Positions 51,458-61,907 of a stretch of DNA of 64,000 nt are shown in pieces. Source of the DNA: Candidatus Bathyarchaeota archaeon. GTDB taxonomy: Archaea > Thermoproteota > Bathyarchaeia > Bathyarchaeales > Bathycorpusculaceae. Under the pieces are notes generated by a model that saw only the letters and a list, made by a program, of their open reading frames with translations, ran no database searches and was not told the origin of the DNA. The translations under genes were made by a program, and so were the position numbers. Location of the stretch: the NCBI GenBank assembly GCA_963717465.1, contig OY970340.1:1664001-1728000 (forward strand). The letters run 5' to 3'. How positions within the stretch are numbered: the stretch's first letter is position 1; the number at the start of each line of letters is the position of its first letter.

Positions 51458-53158
51458 TTACTCAACCGCCATTGCATCATTTATTTTATTTTCAGGTTCT
51501 TTTCGTTTATTCACGTATTTTTTGTCCCTCAGTGCAGAAAAAATTGCTGCGAAGACGCTCAATATCGCTCCGATTATGAAGGCTTCTCTTAAGGCAACCA
51601 TGAAAGGAGGCGAAATGGCATTCGGGAAAAAGCTTGATCCCGTCAGATAGTCAATCGTTGTCTTAGGTATAGTGCTTAATAATGAAGTGGGAAGGCTCTG
51701 AAGTAGCGCGGCAACGGGATTATAGCCTAGAAACGACGCAAAAAGTGCCGCTGAAGCTGGTGTAGAACTTAAAACTTGTGCGATCGCGGCAGGCGCACCT
51801 GCACTAGTAACTGCTGTTGAAAGTGCGCTTGGAAGGTTAGCGGTTAACGAAACTATGATGATGATGAAAAATAAAGCTTGACTTATCGTCATTGCACTGT
51901 TCTGCAGAGTCGCGCGCATACCAGAAGCAGCGCCTCTATGTTCGGCAGGCACAGAGTTCATTATGGCAGCCATGTTAGGTGAAGCAAAGATGCCGCCGCT
52001 AATTCCACTAATGAAAAGTAATATTGCGAAAGATGCATAGTTGAAATTAGCTGGAAGAAGGGTGAAGCCTAAGAAAGATGCCGCAGAGATTATCATGCCA
52101 ACAGTAGCAAATAATCTAGCGCCATGCTTATCGGAAAGATAGCCGCTAATCGGTCCAGCTATGACAAACCCTATAGACATAGGAATCAAGAATATGCCGC
52201 ACCAGAAGGGCGTTGAATCATAGCTGTATCCGTGAAGAGGAAGCCAAATTCCCTGAAGCAAGATAACGAGCATTATCATAACTCCACCCCTTGCCATTGA
52301 CATAAAAACTGAAGCAAGATTACCTGCGCTGAACGCTCTTATCTTAAATAACTCAAGTCTGAACATTGGTTCAGCAACATGACTTTCAATAAATGGAAAA
52401 GCAATTAGAAGAGCTGCCCCTGACACAAGGGCGGCAATGACCCATGGGCTACCCCAACCCATCGCTGAGTTGCCATACGGTACCAATCCGTATATAACGC
52501 CTGCTAAGATTAATGTTAACCCAGCGCCAAAAGCAATGTTTCCCCAAATATCCAACTTTTGGTTTTTTCTAATAGTGCAACACTCTTTCAGCTTCAAGTA
52601 TGACCAGATTGTGCCCAGCACTCCTATCGGCACACTCACAATGAACACGAGTCGCCAATCATAAACTGCTAGAATTCCCCCGAGAACCAGACCTACTACT
52701 GAACCTGCAAGAAAAGATATTTGGTTTATTCCAAGGGCTTTTCCCCGTTCATTGGCGGGAAACGCGTCTGTTATTATTGCAGCGCTATTAGCGAATAAGA
52801 ATGCGGCGCCGACTCCTTGAATCATCCTAAAAACTATAAGCTCGATAGCTCCAGCGTCGCCCAGACTTGGGGTTATGGAGCAAAGTATTGAACCAACCGT
52901 GAAAATGGCGAACCCCATGTTGTAGAGTTTTACTCGTCCAAACATGTCTGAGAGCCTGCCGAAAGTTACGAGCAACGTGGCAGTAACAATGCTATAGCCG
53001 AAAAGAATCCATAGCATGTACTGGAAGGATGTGAAAGGGTTGATGGCGATTCCTTTGAAAATTGCTGGCAAAGCAATCAGTACAATTGAGCCATCGATTG
53101 AAGCCATCAGAGTGCCAATAGTCGTGTTAGAGAGCGCAATCCATTTATACTCTACCAT
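51458..53158 (-). CDS. MFS transporter (DHA2-like)
   Basis: [24 protein letters not shown], about 14 TM segments. Confidence 0.92.
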   Translation of the reverse strand: MVEYKWIALSNTTIGTLMASIDGSIVLIALPAIFKGIAINPFTSFQYMLWILFGYSIVTATLLVTFGRLSDMFGRVKLYNMGFAIFTVGSILCSITPSLGDAGAIELIVFRMIQGVGAAFLFANSAAIITDAFPANERGKALGINQISFLAGSVVGLVLGGILAVYDWRLVFIVSVPIGVLGTIWSYLKLKECCTIRKNQKLDIWGNIAFGAGLTLILAGVIYGLVPYGNSAMGWGSPWVIAALVSGAALLIAFPFIESHVAEPMFRLELFKIRAFSAGNLASVFMSMARGGVMIMLVILLQGIWLPLHGYSYDSTPFWCGIFLIPMSIGFVIAGPISGYLSDKHGARLFATVGMIISAASFLGFTLLPANFNYASFAILLFISGISGGIFASPNMAAIMNSVPAEHRGAASGMRATLQNSAMTISQALFFIIIIVSLTANLPSALSTAVTSAGAPAAIAQVLSSTPASAALFASFLGYNPVAALLQSLPTSLLSTIPKTTIDYLTGSSFFPNAISPPFMVALREAFIIGAILSVFAAIFSALRDKKYVNKRKEPENKINDAMAVE

Positions 53159-53374
53159 GAGTCAACACTAAAATTTGTTTTAATGCGTGTTAAGGCTCAT
53201 AAATACGTTGCTCTACAAAACGTGTAGAAGCTGAACAAAAACAAGCCATATACAAATTAAGTAAATTTCTAAAACATATATCGATTATATGCCTGATATG
53301 CTAGCCCGCGCTATTTATCTTGCTAAAAAACGCACGATATTAGCAGATTTGCCCTTGCTATTCTTGATAATCGC

Positions 53375-53815
53375 TTAGAAGTTATTTACAATGAAATCCC
53401 TAAGCTTCGTATGTTCCCCAAGTAACAAAACTATTCTTTTCGAGATATTAACTATCTTTTCGTCGAATAATCTTGAAGCCATGAGGCAAGCAGTATAAGT
53501 TGAGACGCCTATAACGAGGTCCTGCAAAACGTTTACAGTTCCAAGATGCCAAATGATAACATACGTTATTAACGCACCTAGGACAGACATAATCATTGAC
53601 CTTATAACAAAGTATAGCCTTTGCGTTTGATTGGAAACAGATATCGCTTTCGAAACTTCCTTTTTTATGTTTTCACGTTTTTCCTGCACAGCTGTTTGAG
53701 TTAATCTGCCTACTGCAAACAATTCAGCTTCAACTTGCTTTAGAACATTATCTACAAGTTGAACATTATCAGCAAGTTGACCGTCAACACCTGTTTTAGA
53801 AATCATCCCATCCAA
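53375..53815 (-). CDS. Hypothetical membrane protein
   Basis: Coiled region followed by two TM segments. Confidence 0.55.
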   Translation of the reverse strand: MDGMISKTGVDGQLADNVQLVDNVLKQVEAELFAVGRLTQTAVQEKRENIKKEVSKAISVSNQTQRLYFVIRSMIMSVLGALITYVIIWHLGTVNVLQDLVIGVSTYTACLMASRLFDEKIVNISKRIVLLLGEHTKLRDFIVNNF

Positions 53816-54219
53816 ACCCCAAATTGAAAAATGCTAACCATTTTTAGTTACACCTTTCTTCCCTAAATGATAAAGTTAATTATTAAAACTTTTTTCAAAA
53901 TTGAACCCATATTCTACTCTAACTTGCATAAAAATCTCATTAGATAGAAATAACAAATGCAATCATAGCGTCTTATTTGTCACACAACGATTCGATTTAG
54001 CTTAACTTTCCAGCGCACATTGGGCATTCAGTAAGGAGCTTATCTTGCATTACATCAGCTTTTAGGGGTAGGCGCGCTACGTAGAAAGTCGAAAATCGAA
54101 CATTTGCTTGGGAACTCTATTTTTGCCTTTTAGACTCTTCAAATCAGTTAAGTCTATTTCTCAAAAACAATTAAGAGTTAACCTGATAGTATGTATTGAC
54201 GTAAAAAGGAGACATCTAT

Positions 54220-54504
54220 TTGAGCAGGTTTGTAGCGTCTGTCAATATGTTTATCGATGCGTCTGAGAAAGAAGCTGTCTTGGCCGAGCTTTCTAAAATC
54301 CCTTCAATGGAAGAAATTTATGAGGTTGCAGGTGAGTACGATATAGTTTCTCTCGTTTCTACTTCAAGCGTAGAAGAGTTCCGAGATTTGCTACATAAGA
54401 AAATACTCAAAATCAAAGGAATAAAAAGCACTGTAATATCAGTAATTCTTAAGCTAAATAATAAATCAAGTTTTCCTGAAAAAAGAATATTATTGAACAC
54501 TTAA
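54220..54504 (+). CDS. Stand-alone Lrp/AsnC ligand-binding (RAM) domain protein
   Basis: EIYEVAGEYDIV, IL.IKGIKST. Confidence 0.85.
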   Translation: MSRFVASVNMFIDASEKEAVLAELSKIPSMEEIYEVAGEYDIVSLVSTSSVEEFRDLLHKKILKIKGIKSTVISVILKLNNKSSFPEKRILLNT

Positions 54505-54677
54505 AAAATCACTATTCTTTTACTCAATACATCTAATTGATTGTTTTAATGACTCAAGGGTTTTCTTAGCTGTCAGATTATTCTCGATGTACACCGCTTT
54601 CTTCCAATCGCATAATCCTTAAGTGCGGCAGAACTGGGGAGTGACAGGTTTATACTTGGCTTCAATCGATTTCGGTA

Positions 54678-55754
54678 TTAATGAATTAATTTTAGGTAAA
54701 ATTTTGGGTTAGACAGTAATTCTTCTTTGGCAGCGTTAACAATTGTCTGCTTGGAAGCCAAAGAGCTTTCTTTGAAACAATTAATCAAACAATTTTTATT
54801 GTCACACGCAGAATTATCGGAAACAATCTTGCTCAAATCCTGTCTTTCTTTGAGATTGAACAACTTTTGTCGCTTGAAACATGTGAACACATCCAAATTG
54901 CAGTCAATTATAAGCGAAATTTCGCCAGCTTTACAGGGATACCGCATTGGCAAATTATCATGAGCTCTCAATACATCTCTCATGTATCCTGAAACAGTAG
55001 CGACATCTGAACCGTCAAGTTTCATTTGCAGAACTTTAGCCACCATATTTCTCACTTGAAGGCGAGTTTGATTTTGCAAGGAATTCATGTTTCCGCCGAC
55101 GACAAATGTGCTGTAGTTAGAAGATATATAGGGGTAAGATAATGCGAAAGAAATGCCTAATTCTTCATTTACGTATCTGACAACATTTTCTACGTCATTA
55201 ACTGTCCACGATGGATTAAGAAAAGTAATTGCATACAGTTTTATTCCTAATTCTTTAGCGGTTTTAATTACTTCTTTAGCTTTACTTGAAATTCCAGGGA
55301 TACATTTTGTTTCATCCCAGGTGTGTTCGTTGTAATGATCCACAGAAATTGATAAAACATCTAAACTATACCGAAGTGTTTTCAGTGTAGATTTAGAAAT
55401 AGTGCCGTTTGTTGTTATTGAAGTTATTAAGCCTTTATCTTTCGCGTATTTAGTCACTTCGATTAAGTGTGGATATAGTGCGGTCTCACCGCCCGTGAAG
55501 TAAATAATAGAAAAATGGTTTTTTGCCAGAACATCTATAGCAAACTTGGCATTTTCCAATGGCAAATCAAAAGGTTTGGATGACCAGATATTGCATCTAT
55601 CTGTGCACTTAGCGTTGCATCGTGTCGTCACCTGGACAAAGGCGAATTTTACTTCACCTTTGTTTTTTACAAAATCAGATAGAATTGTGTTTAAAGTTCG
55701 TAAATTTAAATTTCTTCTTTCTTGATTGATGCTTTTCAGCCTTCTATTCTCCAA
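54678..55754 (-). CDS. Radical SAM protein with C-terminal SPASM/twitch-like Cys motifs
   Basis: TTRCNAKCTDRC, FTGGE, TTNG, ISVD, PCKAG, CDNKNCLINC. Confidence 0.8.
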   Translation of the reverse strand: MENRRLKSINQERRNLNLRTLNTILSDFVKNKGEVKFAFVQVTTRCNAKCTDRCNIWSSKPFDLPLENAKFAIDVLAKNHFSIIYFTGGETALYPHLIEVTKYAKDKGLITSITTNGTISKSTLKTLRYSLDVLSISVDHYNEHTWDETKCIPGISSKAKEVIKTAKELGIKLYAITFLNPSWTVNDVENVVRYVNEELGISFALSYPYISSNYSTFVVGGNMNSLQNQTRLQVRNMVAKVLQMKLDGSDVATVSGYMRDVLRAHDNLPMRYPCKAGEISLIIDCNLDVFTCFKRQKLFNLKERQDLSKIVSDNSACDNKNCLINCFKESSLASKQTIVNAAKEELLSNPKFYLKLIH

Positions 55755-55838
55755 TTATTCTGCACGCATACTTAGATATCCAGAATCTACTATGAACACT
55801 GAATATTTGAAAAAAGAAAATGATGCAGAGATATAAAC

Positions 55839-55872
55839 ATATCAAGCGTGCGCTTATATCAAGCGTGCGCTT
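55839..55872. repeat. Perfect 2 x 17 bp tandem repeat with palindromic core
   Basis: ATATCAAGCGTGCGCTT twice; core AAGCG-tg-CGCTT. Confidence 0.85.
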
Positions 55873-56182
55873 AGTCGTTCCTAAATTTGGTTCAAAAATG
55901 GTTTTATTAGGTGACTTTAGGTATCCGGGGACAATTTCGCGAAGAGGTTTCAGTTGAGTCCTGCTATGTATTCGCTCATGGCTTTTCAGTTGCTCTAAAG
56001 CCAGTCTAGATTTAAGGTTAACGGTAAATAGCCGTCAAAGAAAAGACTTTTTCACACAATCTCAAAAAGCATGCGCGCTTGGGTGTGTCCTTCGAACCCT
56101 TGCTTCAGAGGGCTGAATATCCAATTTGATTGTCTGTTGGGTGGCGGGTTGCGATTGAGGAAAAAGATTAGTGGCTTTTTAG

Positions 56183-56340
56183 TTAACCGCTTTTCAATGT
56201 GGCTACGGCTCTGCCGTCAACGATTAATTTTGCTCCGTTAACGTAGAATGCATCTTTACTCATTAAAAGATACGATTTTAGCCAATTCTTCTGGTTGCCT
56301 GGTCGATGCTAAATTACATTTCTAACAATGTATCCATAAA
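56183..56340 (-). pseudogene. Short-chain dehydrogenase C-terminal fragment
   Basis: Across a frameshift: QPEELAKIV / LMSKDAFYVNGAKLIVDG. Confidence 0.55.
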
Positions 56341-56865
56341 TTCGCCTTGGTTGGGAACAGCGCTATCTTCGCAGAGCTCCCCAACTCTGGATTCACTGGA
56401 TCTTGAGGCTCAATTATGGCTCCAGAAGCGCCAGATTAGCTGGGGTTTGTCCTAGCCTTTCTAAAACCGGTGTGGTAGATATACCCTAACTAAGAGAGGC
56501 TGCCATATAGCTCTGTGAGCGGTTCTCGATAAGCGTGAGCTGTGTGTCACGCAAATTGTATGGACGTTTCTGCAACAATTTCCTTAAGCATAAAGCCGTC
56601 TTCTTCGAGCTTTAGCTCAAAGAGGCGTTTTTCAAGCAGATTCTTGTCCAAAAAAATCACATTTAGTGCACTTTTTGCGAATTTTAATACTAACCATTAG
56701 AATTCGTGGGAAACTCTCCTAACGGCTACAAAGCACAGGAGAGCACCTTGGATCTTTAGGCTTAAGTTTCTCATCGTTTGACAGCCAAGTGATGCCTTGT
56801 CAATGACGTGAGCTGAGCAGGGCTGAGATTTCAAAATCCTTGCTGACTGAGAACGCACATGCAAA

Positions 56866-56940
56866 TGGACCGGGCGGGATTTGAACCCGCGGCTTCCGCG
56901 TTGCGAACGCGGCGATCATACCGGGCTGATCTACCGGCCC
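56866..56940 (-). tRNA. tRNA-Ala (anticodon CGC), intronless
   Basis: GGGCCGG/CCGGTCC acceptor stem with G3:U70, anticodon arm CCGCG-TTCGCAA-CGCGG, T arm GGTTCAAATCC. Confidence 0.96.
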
Positions 56941-57004
56941 AGCTAAACAAGTACTTCTAAAATGGACTTTTAGCTAAGGCATTTAGAGGTTTCGGTTATA
57001 CCGC

Positions 57005-57181
57005 TTACTCTTCACCGAATCCGTGCTCTACTCTGCCATGCGTTTTGCGATAAGAAAATTCGTGTGCTCCTTTCTCATCACCAAAGCAGTTTACGTGTTT
57101 CTGTAAATCAGCTTTTGTTAAGAAAATGCACATGCAATGGGGGCACTTGTAGTACTGGTTGTTGTTTGCTTCTTCACCCAT
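57005..57181 (-). CDS. Small C2H2-like zinc-finger protein (58 aa, below cutoff)
   Basis: aaggag RBS; YKCPHCMCIFLTKADLQKH. Confidence 0.7.
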   Translation of the reverse strand: MGEEANNNQYYKCPHCMCIFLTKADLQKHVNCFGDEKGAHEFSYRKTHGRVEHGFGEE

Positions 57182-57307
57182 TCTCCTTTCGCCTTGGGGA
57201 GACTTTATTGAAGGCTAGCTTAAAGATGTTTAGGGGATGTTTTATGGGCAAATAAATTTGGGTTTGTTAAAAAAAATTTCGAAGCGGTATGCATTTTTTT
57301 ATGCTTG

Positions 57308-58603
57308 TTATGTTTTAGCGACTGTTTTGTTTAGTTCGATTACGCTGAATTCCTGATTTTTCGATTGGGCGAGCTTTTCATATATTTGCAGTGTCTGGTC
57401 AGCAGCTTCCCTCCAAGTGAAATATTGGAATACTCTTTTTCTTCCGTTTTCTCCCCATTTTTTAGCGCGATCGAAATCTGCGAGTGTTTCCTTTATGCCC
57501 CATGCAATATCCATTGGGTTTCCTCCGTTGACGTGGATGCCGTTTTGGTCAGGTCCAGAAGGCACAACCTGTTCTCTAAAACCCACAACGCCCTTTGCTC
57601 CAACTATTATTGGTTTAGCCATCGACATCGCTTCGAGACTTACGATTCCGAAAGGCTCGTACGTGGATGGAAAGATGCAAATATCTGCGGCTGCGTAATG
57701 TAGAATGCGTTCTTTTTCGGAGATAAACTCGAATCTGCATAAGACTTTATCTTTTACACCGAGCCTGTTTGCCAACTCGATTACGTCATTTTGCTGTTCC
57801 CCTTTTCCTAGTATAACAAGTTTGGTGTTCGGGTAGTCTGCGAGTACTGAGGGCATTGCTTGAACTAGATTTATCACGCCTTTAACCCATGTTAATCTAC
57901 CAATAAACAAGATCATTTTATCTTCTGGCTTTATGCCATATCTTTGGCGTATAGCCTCTGTCTCTTCATGCTTCGCTATTTTCGGATTGTATTTGTTTGG
58001 GTCTACACCATTCCATACGACGCTTATTTTTGGTTTTGACCAGCCGTGCTTCACCAAGTCTTCTTGCATTGCGTAACTTACTGTTAATATCCTGTCTACT
58101 TTTTCGGCTGATGCATATTCAAAATGTGACACTACCTCTGAGCCAGGTCCCCCAGCTCTTCCCCATTCTGTACTGTGAACGTGGAATGCAACGGGAATTT
58201 TTGTTTCATTCTTAATCATCAAGCCAGCCATGCTGCTTAACCAGTCGTGCACACATACAACGTCGAAGTTGCAGCTCTCCTTTTTTATCATGCTGTTTAT
58301 GAATTTCGTTGCGCTTAACACGTTGTAAATGAATATGTCATTAAACAAGCTGATGTTTGTTCCCCATTTTTTCAAATCCTCAGTGACGAACATCGGAAAA
58401 ATGTTGCTTGCGTTCGCCACGAGGGGTCGATGCACTTCAACTCCTTTAACAATTTCCCTGGTTTTCAAGTTTCCAGGATTTAGCGTAAAAACCGTAACAT
58501 CATGACCCATTGCTACATATTCGCGTGTTATGTATTCTGCATATGTTCCCAGTCCTCCAACTAAGGCAGGTGGGTATTCCCAGACGAAGAAACCTATTCT
58601 CAT
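57308..58603 (-). CDS. GT4 glycosyltransferase (glycogen-synthase-like)
   Basis: WEYPP..VGGLG, HDW, HSTE.GR, GRL..VKG, EPFGIVSLEAM. Confidence 0.92.
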   Translation of the reverse strand: MRIGFFVWEYPPALVGGLGTYAEYITREYVAMGHDVTVFTLNPGNLKTREIVKGVEVHRPLVANASNIFPMFVTEDLKKWGTNISLFNDIFIYNVLSATKFINSMIKKESCNFDVVCVHDWLSSMAGLMIKNETKIPVAFHVHSTEWGRAGGPGSEVVSHFEYASAEKVDRILTVSYAMQEDLVKHGWSKPKISVVWNGVDPNKYNPKIAKHEETEAIRQRYGIKPEDKMILFIGRLTWVKGVINLVQAMPSVLADYPNTKLVILGKGEQQNDVIELANRLGVKDKVLCRFEFISEKERILHYAAADICIFPSTYEPFGIVSLEAMSMAKPIIVGAKGVVGFREQVVPSGPDQNGIHVNGGNPMDIAWGIKETLADFDRAKKWGENGRKRVFQYFTWREAADQTLQIYEKLAQSKNQEFSVIELNKTVAKT

Positions 58604-58826
58604 TTTTAAACACTCTTGAAGTTTTTCACAGGAGTTCTATTGAGTTGACCCTTGTGTTGTTGATATAGGCTGTCTAAAATGAATAAATCAGTTATGAATT
58701 GCCAATTTGAATTGAGATTAACTATATGTGTGCTAAGAACTTTGACTTGAAAACGAAGCATGTTTATTACTTAAATTACTTTTAGCCTTAACTGAATCGT
58801 TTTAGTACACGATACCTGCTGTTAAT

Positions 58827-59033
58827 CTAAGTTTTCCTTAACCCGCAACGCAAGCTTTCTCTTTTTCTTTCAGTTTCAATCTGATACTTCAGACACTCAT
58901 ATGGATAGAACCACCCGCGTGAAAGCTTCCTGTAAGAGGACTGACTTATAGGTGCAGCTTGCTTAGCTGAATAATCGATTATTGCGATGTTCTGTTCTTC
59001 TACGGCGTTTGCGTTTTCTTGACTTTTCTTCAT
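58827..59033 (-). CDS. Small hypothetical protein
   Basis: 68-aa ORF, isolated. Confidence 0.45.
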   Translation of the reverse strand: MKKSQENANAVEEQNIAIIDYSAKQAAPISQSSYRKLSRGWFYPYECLKYQIETERKRESLRCGLRKT

Positions 59034-59430
59034 GGGAACACTTTGAAACTTTAGTGAATATTACGATACGCTATAAACCTTGTAATCTGCCCTATAAACG
59101 TTCTGAACAGCAAATATTTATTCGCTATACTTACAGTAGCGGCAAGGTCGAATAAATTACTCCTTTGAGGTAATAAACAGCGTCCAAAATGGATTTTCGT
59201 CGTTTTAAAAATGTTGAACAGGAAAAATGTTACAGTCATAAAGCATCGACAAGGGAGACTATGCGCGTTATTAATGTGAAATATTAACAGAACGCTTGTC
59301 TGTTTATCGGTGCCGCCCTTTCGTGTGCCAAAAGGGCATGCAAAAAAGCAGTTGATATTTTATTGCATGGAATCTTGATAAAAAATTGTTTATTAAACGA
59401 ATGCAAGTATGAAAGTAAAAAGGGAAAGAT

Positions 59431-60312
59431 TTGTCGCGTATGCAGTTTAACCAAAAAAGCAAAGCTGTCTTTTACACTATCTTAGCTGGGGTTTTATGGG
59501 GCACTTCTTTTCCAGTAATAAAAATAGGTTTAATCTACACTGACCCATTTGCGTTTCTTTTTTGGCGCTTCTTAGTTTCTTCTGTGACTCTTTTGGTTGT
59601 CATGCTCGTGCTGGGAAAATTGTCGTTCAAAATATCAGACAAGAAGTTGCTTGTTTTTTTGGGCATCGCAAACGGCATCGGTTATGTGTTGCAGTACGTG
59701 GGAATGAATTATGCGACGGCGGCTCAGGCAGCCCTTTTCATAAACCTCAGCGCCATGTGGGTTGCTATTTTAAGTCCTAAACTGTTGGGTGAGAGCTTTT
59801 CCCGCAAAAAAGTCATCGGCGTGCTGTTGGGTTTAGCTGGAGTTGTGTTTGTGAGCACTAATTTGGATCTTGCAAGCTTTGGTGCAATTCAGTTCTGGGG
59901 TGATTCCCTGCTTATTATTTCAGGTGTTACGTGGGCACTTTTCATGATCTACAACAAAAAGTTTGTTAGGGATTCAACGTCAGCTACTTTCCAGTCTATG
60001 ACTTGGGTGCTTTTATTTACATTATTTTCCATTGTTCCTTTTACAATTTTATCCGGACCAAAATTGTTTGTTATTTCAGGTTCAGCTTGGTTTGGAATTT
60101 TATGGACTGCGATTGTTTGCTGGGTTATACCGTACTATCTTTGGCTTGAGGGACTTAAGCATCTTTCCGCTTCCACTTCAACGGTTCTTCTTTTGTCAGA
60201 GATTGTTGTTGCTGTGATAATATCAGTAATTGCGCTCAAGGAGCCCATCACTTTTGTCTCAACCATTGGAGCGCTCTTCATATTAATCGCACTAGTACTT
60301 GTATCCAAATGA
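59431..60312 (+). CDS. DMT/EamA family transporter
   Basis: LWGTSFPVIK, two EamA repeats, 10 TM segments. Confidence 0.92.
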   Translation: MSRMQFNQKSKAVFYTILAGVLWGTSFPVIKIGLIYTDPFAFLFWRFLVSSVTLLVVMLVLGKLSFKISDKKLLVFLGIANGIGYVLQYVGMNYATAAQAALFINLSAMWVAILSPKLLGESFSRKKVIGVLLGLAGVVFVSTNLDLASFGAIQFWGDSLLIISGVTWALFMIYNKKFVRDSTSATFQSMTWVLLFTLFSIVPFTILSGPKLFVISGSAWFGILWTAIVCWVIPYYLWLEGLKHLSASTSTVLLLSEIVVAVIISVIALKEPITFVSTIGALFILIALVLVSK

Positions 60313-60450
60313 GCAGTTCATAATTCTTTTATGTATTCGAAATGCTTTCATTCATTCTTAGCTCCCCTAAGAGGATTGGACTTTTTCTGGGAAAAGAAAA
60401 TAGCTGTAAATTTCAGGTTCATCGATGCCATGAACGAGAAGGAAAAATGA

Positions 60451-61511
60451 TTATTTATTCTTTGAACGAAGCTCTTTTGCTAAACTATCAATTATCTCTA
60501 TTGCTTTGTCAATATCCGCCTTTTCTATGCCGCGATGCGTAACCAATCGCACTCTGTTCTTGGTAATAGTCGAGGTTAAAACACCGTTCTCTTTGAGCTT
60601 TTGAACGAAGGCATCAGCTGAGATGCCTAAATCGGTTATGTCGACAGGAACCATGTTTGTTTGAACAGCCGGCAGATCAACTTGGAAACCGCCAATCTTT
60701 ATGATTCCTTCTGCTAAGTGGTGAGCGTTTTTATGATCTTCTTCTAATCTGTCGATCATTGTTTCAAGGGCGACAATTCCGGGTGCAGCAATTATTCCAG
60801 CTTGGCGCATTCCGCCGCCTAAGATTTTCCTGTTTTTTCGGGCTCTTTGGATGAAGTCTTTGGAGCCAACAACGAGGGAGCCAACCGGGAGCTTAAGCCT
60901 TTGGATAGGCAGAACATCATGTTGTCCACATGCTTTGTGAATTCTTTTACATCAACCTTTAAGGCGACAGCAGCGTTGAATATTCGGGCGCCGTCTAAGT
61001 AAAATGTTAAATTATGTTTTTTCGTGACTTCGCTTATAGCTCGCATTTGGTCTGGACTTACGATTGTTCCCCCATATCGGTTATGAGTATTTTCAATGCA
61101 GACTAAAGCGGGTTCTGGAAAATGGATATTTTGCGGTCGTATCGCTGCTTCTATGTCGTCTGGATTGATTGCTCCCCAGTGGCCTTTGATGCGCCAGGGT
61201 ACTAATCCAGCAATTGCAGATATTGCGCCTACCTCATACCAGTAAATATGAGCCTCTTCTTCCAAAAAGACCAAGCTTCCCCGCTTAGCATTGGTCATTG
61301 AAGCAACCAAGTTTGCTTGCGTTCCACTTGTGACTAGAAGAGCTGCTTCTTTGCCCATTTTCTTAGCTGCGATTTCCTCAAGCTTGTTAACTGTCGGATC
61401 TTCCCCGTAAACGTCATCGCCCAGTTTAGCATGACGAATTTCCTCGAGCATTTCTTCTGTTGGCAAAGTGACCGTGTCACTTCGTAAATCGATTACTTCT
61501 TTGCTTGCCAT
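60451..61511 (-). CDS. ltaE: Low-specificity L-threonine aldolase (frameshift near 60885)
   Basis: DLRSDTVT, GDDVYGEDP, SGTQAN, ENTHN, DGARIFNA, CLSKGL; second frame GGMRQAG. Confidence 0.9.
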
Positions 61512-61907
61512 TCTCCCTTCCTCAAATTTACCCTTACTAAGATTGCAATAACTCCCTGCCTTAAAGGATTTTTCAGGCCAGATAACGTTGTGTTTTACTT
61601 ATTCTTCTATGGTTTGTGCATTGCTTCATAGGGTATTTTCATTTTTTGGAACCGTTGAAGTCGAAAAAGCAAATATTCCAGGTATTAAATTGCTTTGATA
61701 ACTTTATCAAATTTAGCGTTTTAACGCTTCTTTAGCTTCAATCCAAAGCCTATTCACTCAATTTTGTTGTCAGTAGCTAGAGGAGATACGATAAATCTGC
61801 TTTTTTGTATGTACGTAAGGGGAACGCTATTTTAGCGTAAGTGTTAAATTGTACCTTAGGCAAAAAATAGCAAGTATATAATATAAATAGGAGAGAGGAG
61901 AAACCAA

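Noticed and set aside
56547..56651. 34-aa minus-strand ORF resembling an HTH remnant of a mobile element
   Set aside because: Too short and degenerate to support without a search
57064..57255. Plus-strand 63-aa Cys-rich ORF and similar short antisense ORFs in the track
   Set aside because: Shadows of better-supported genes on the opposite strand or frame
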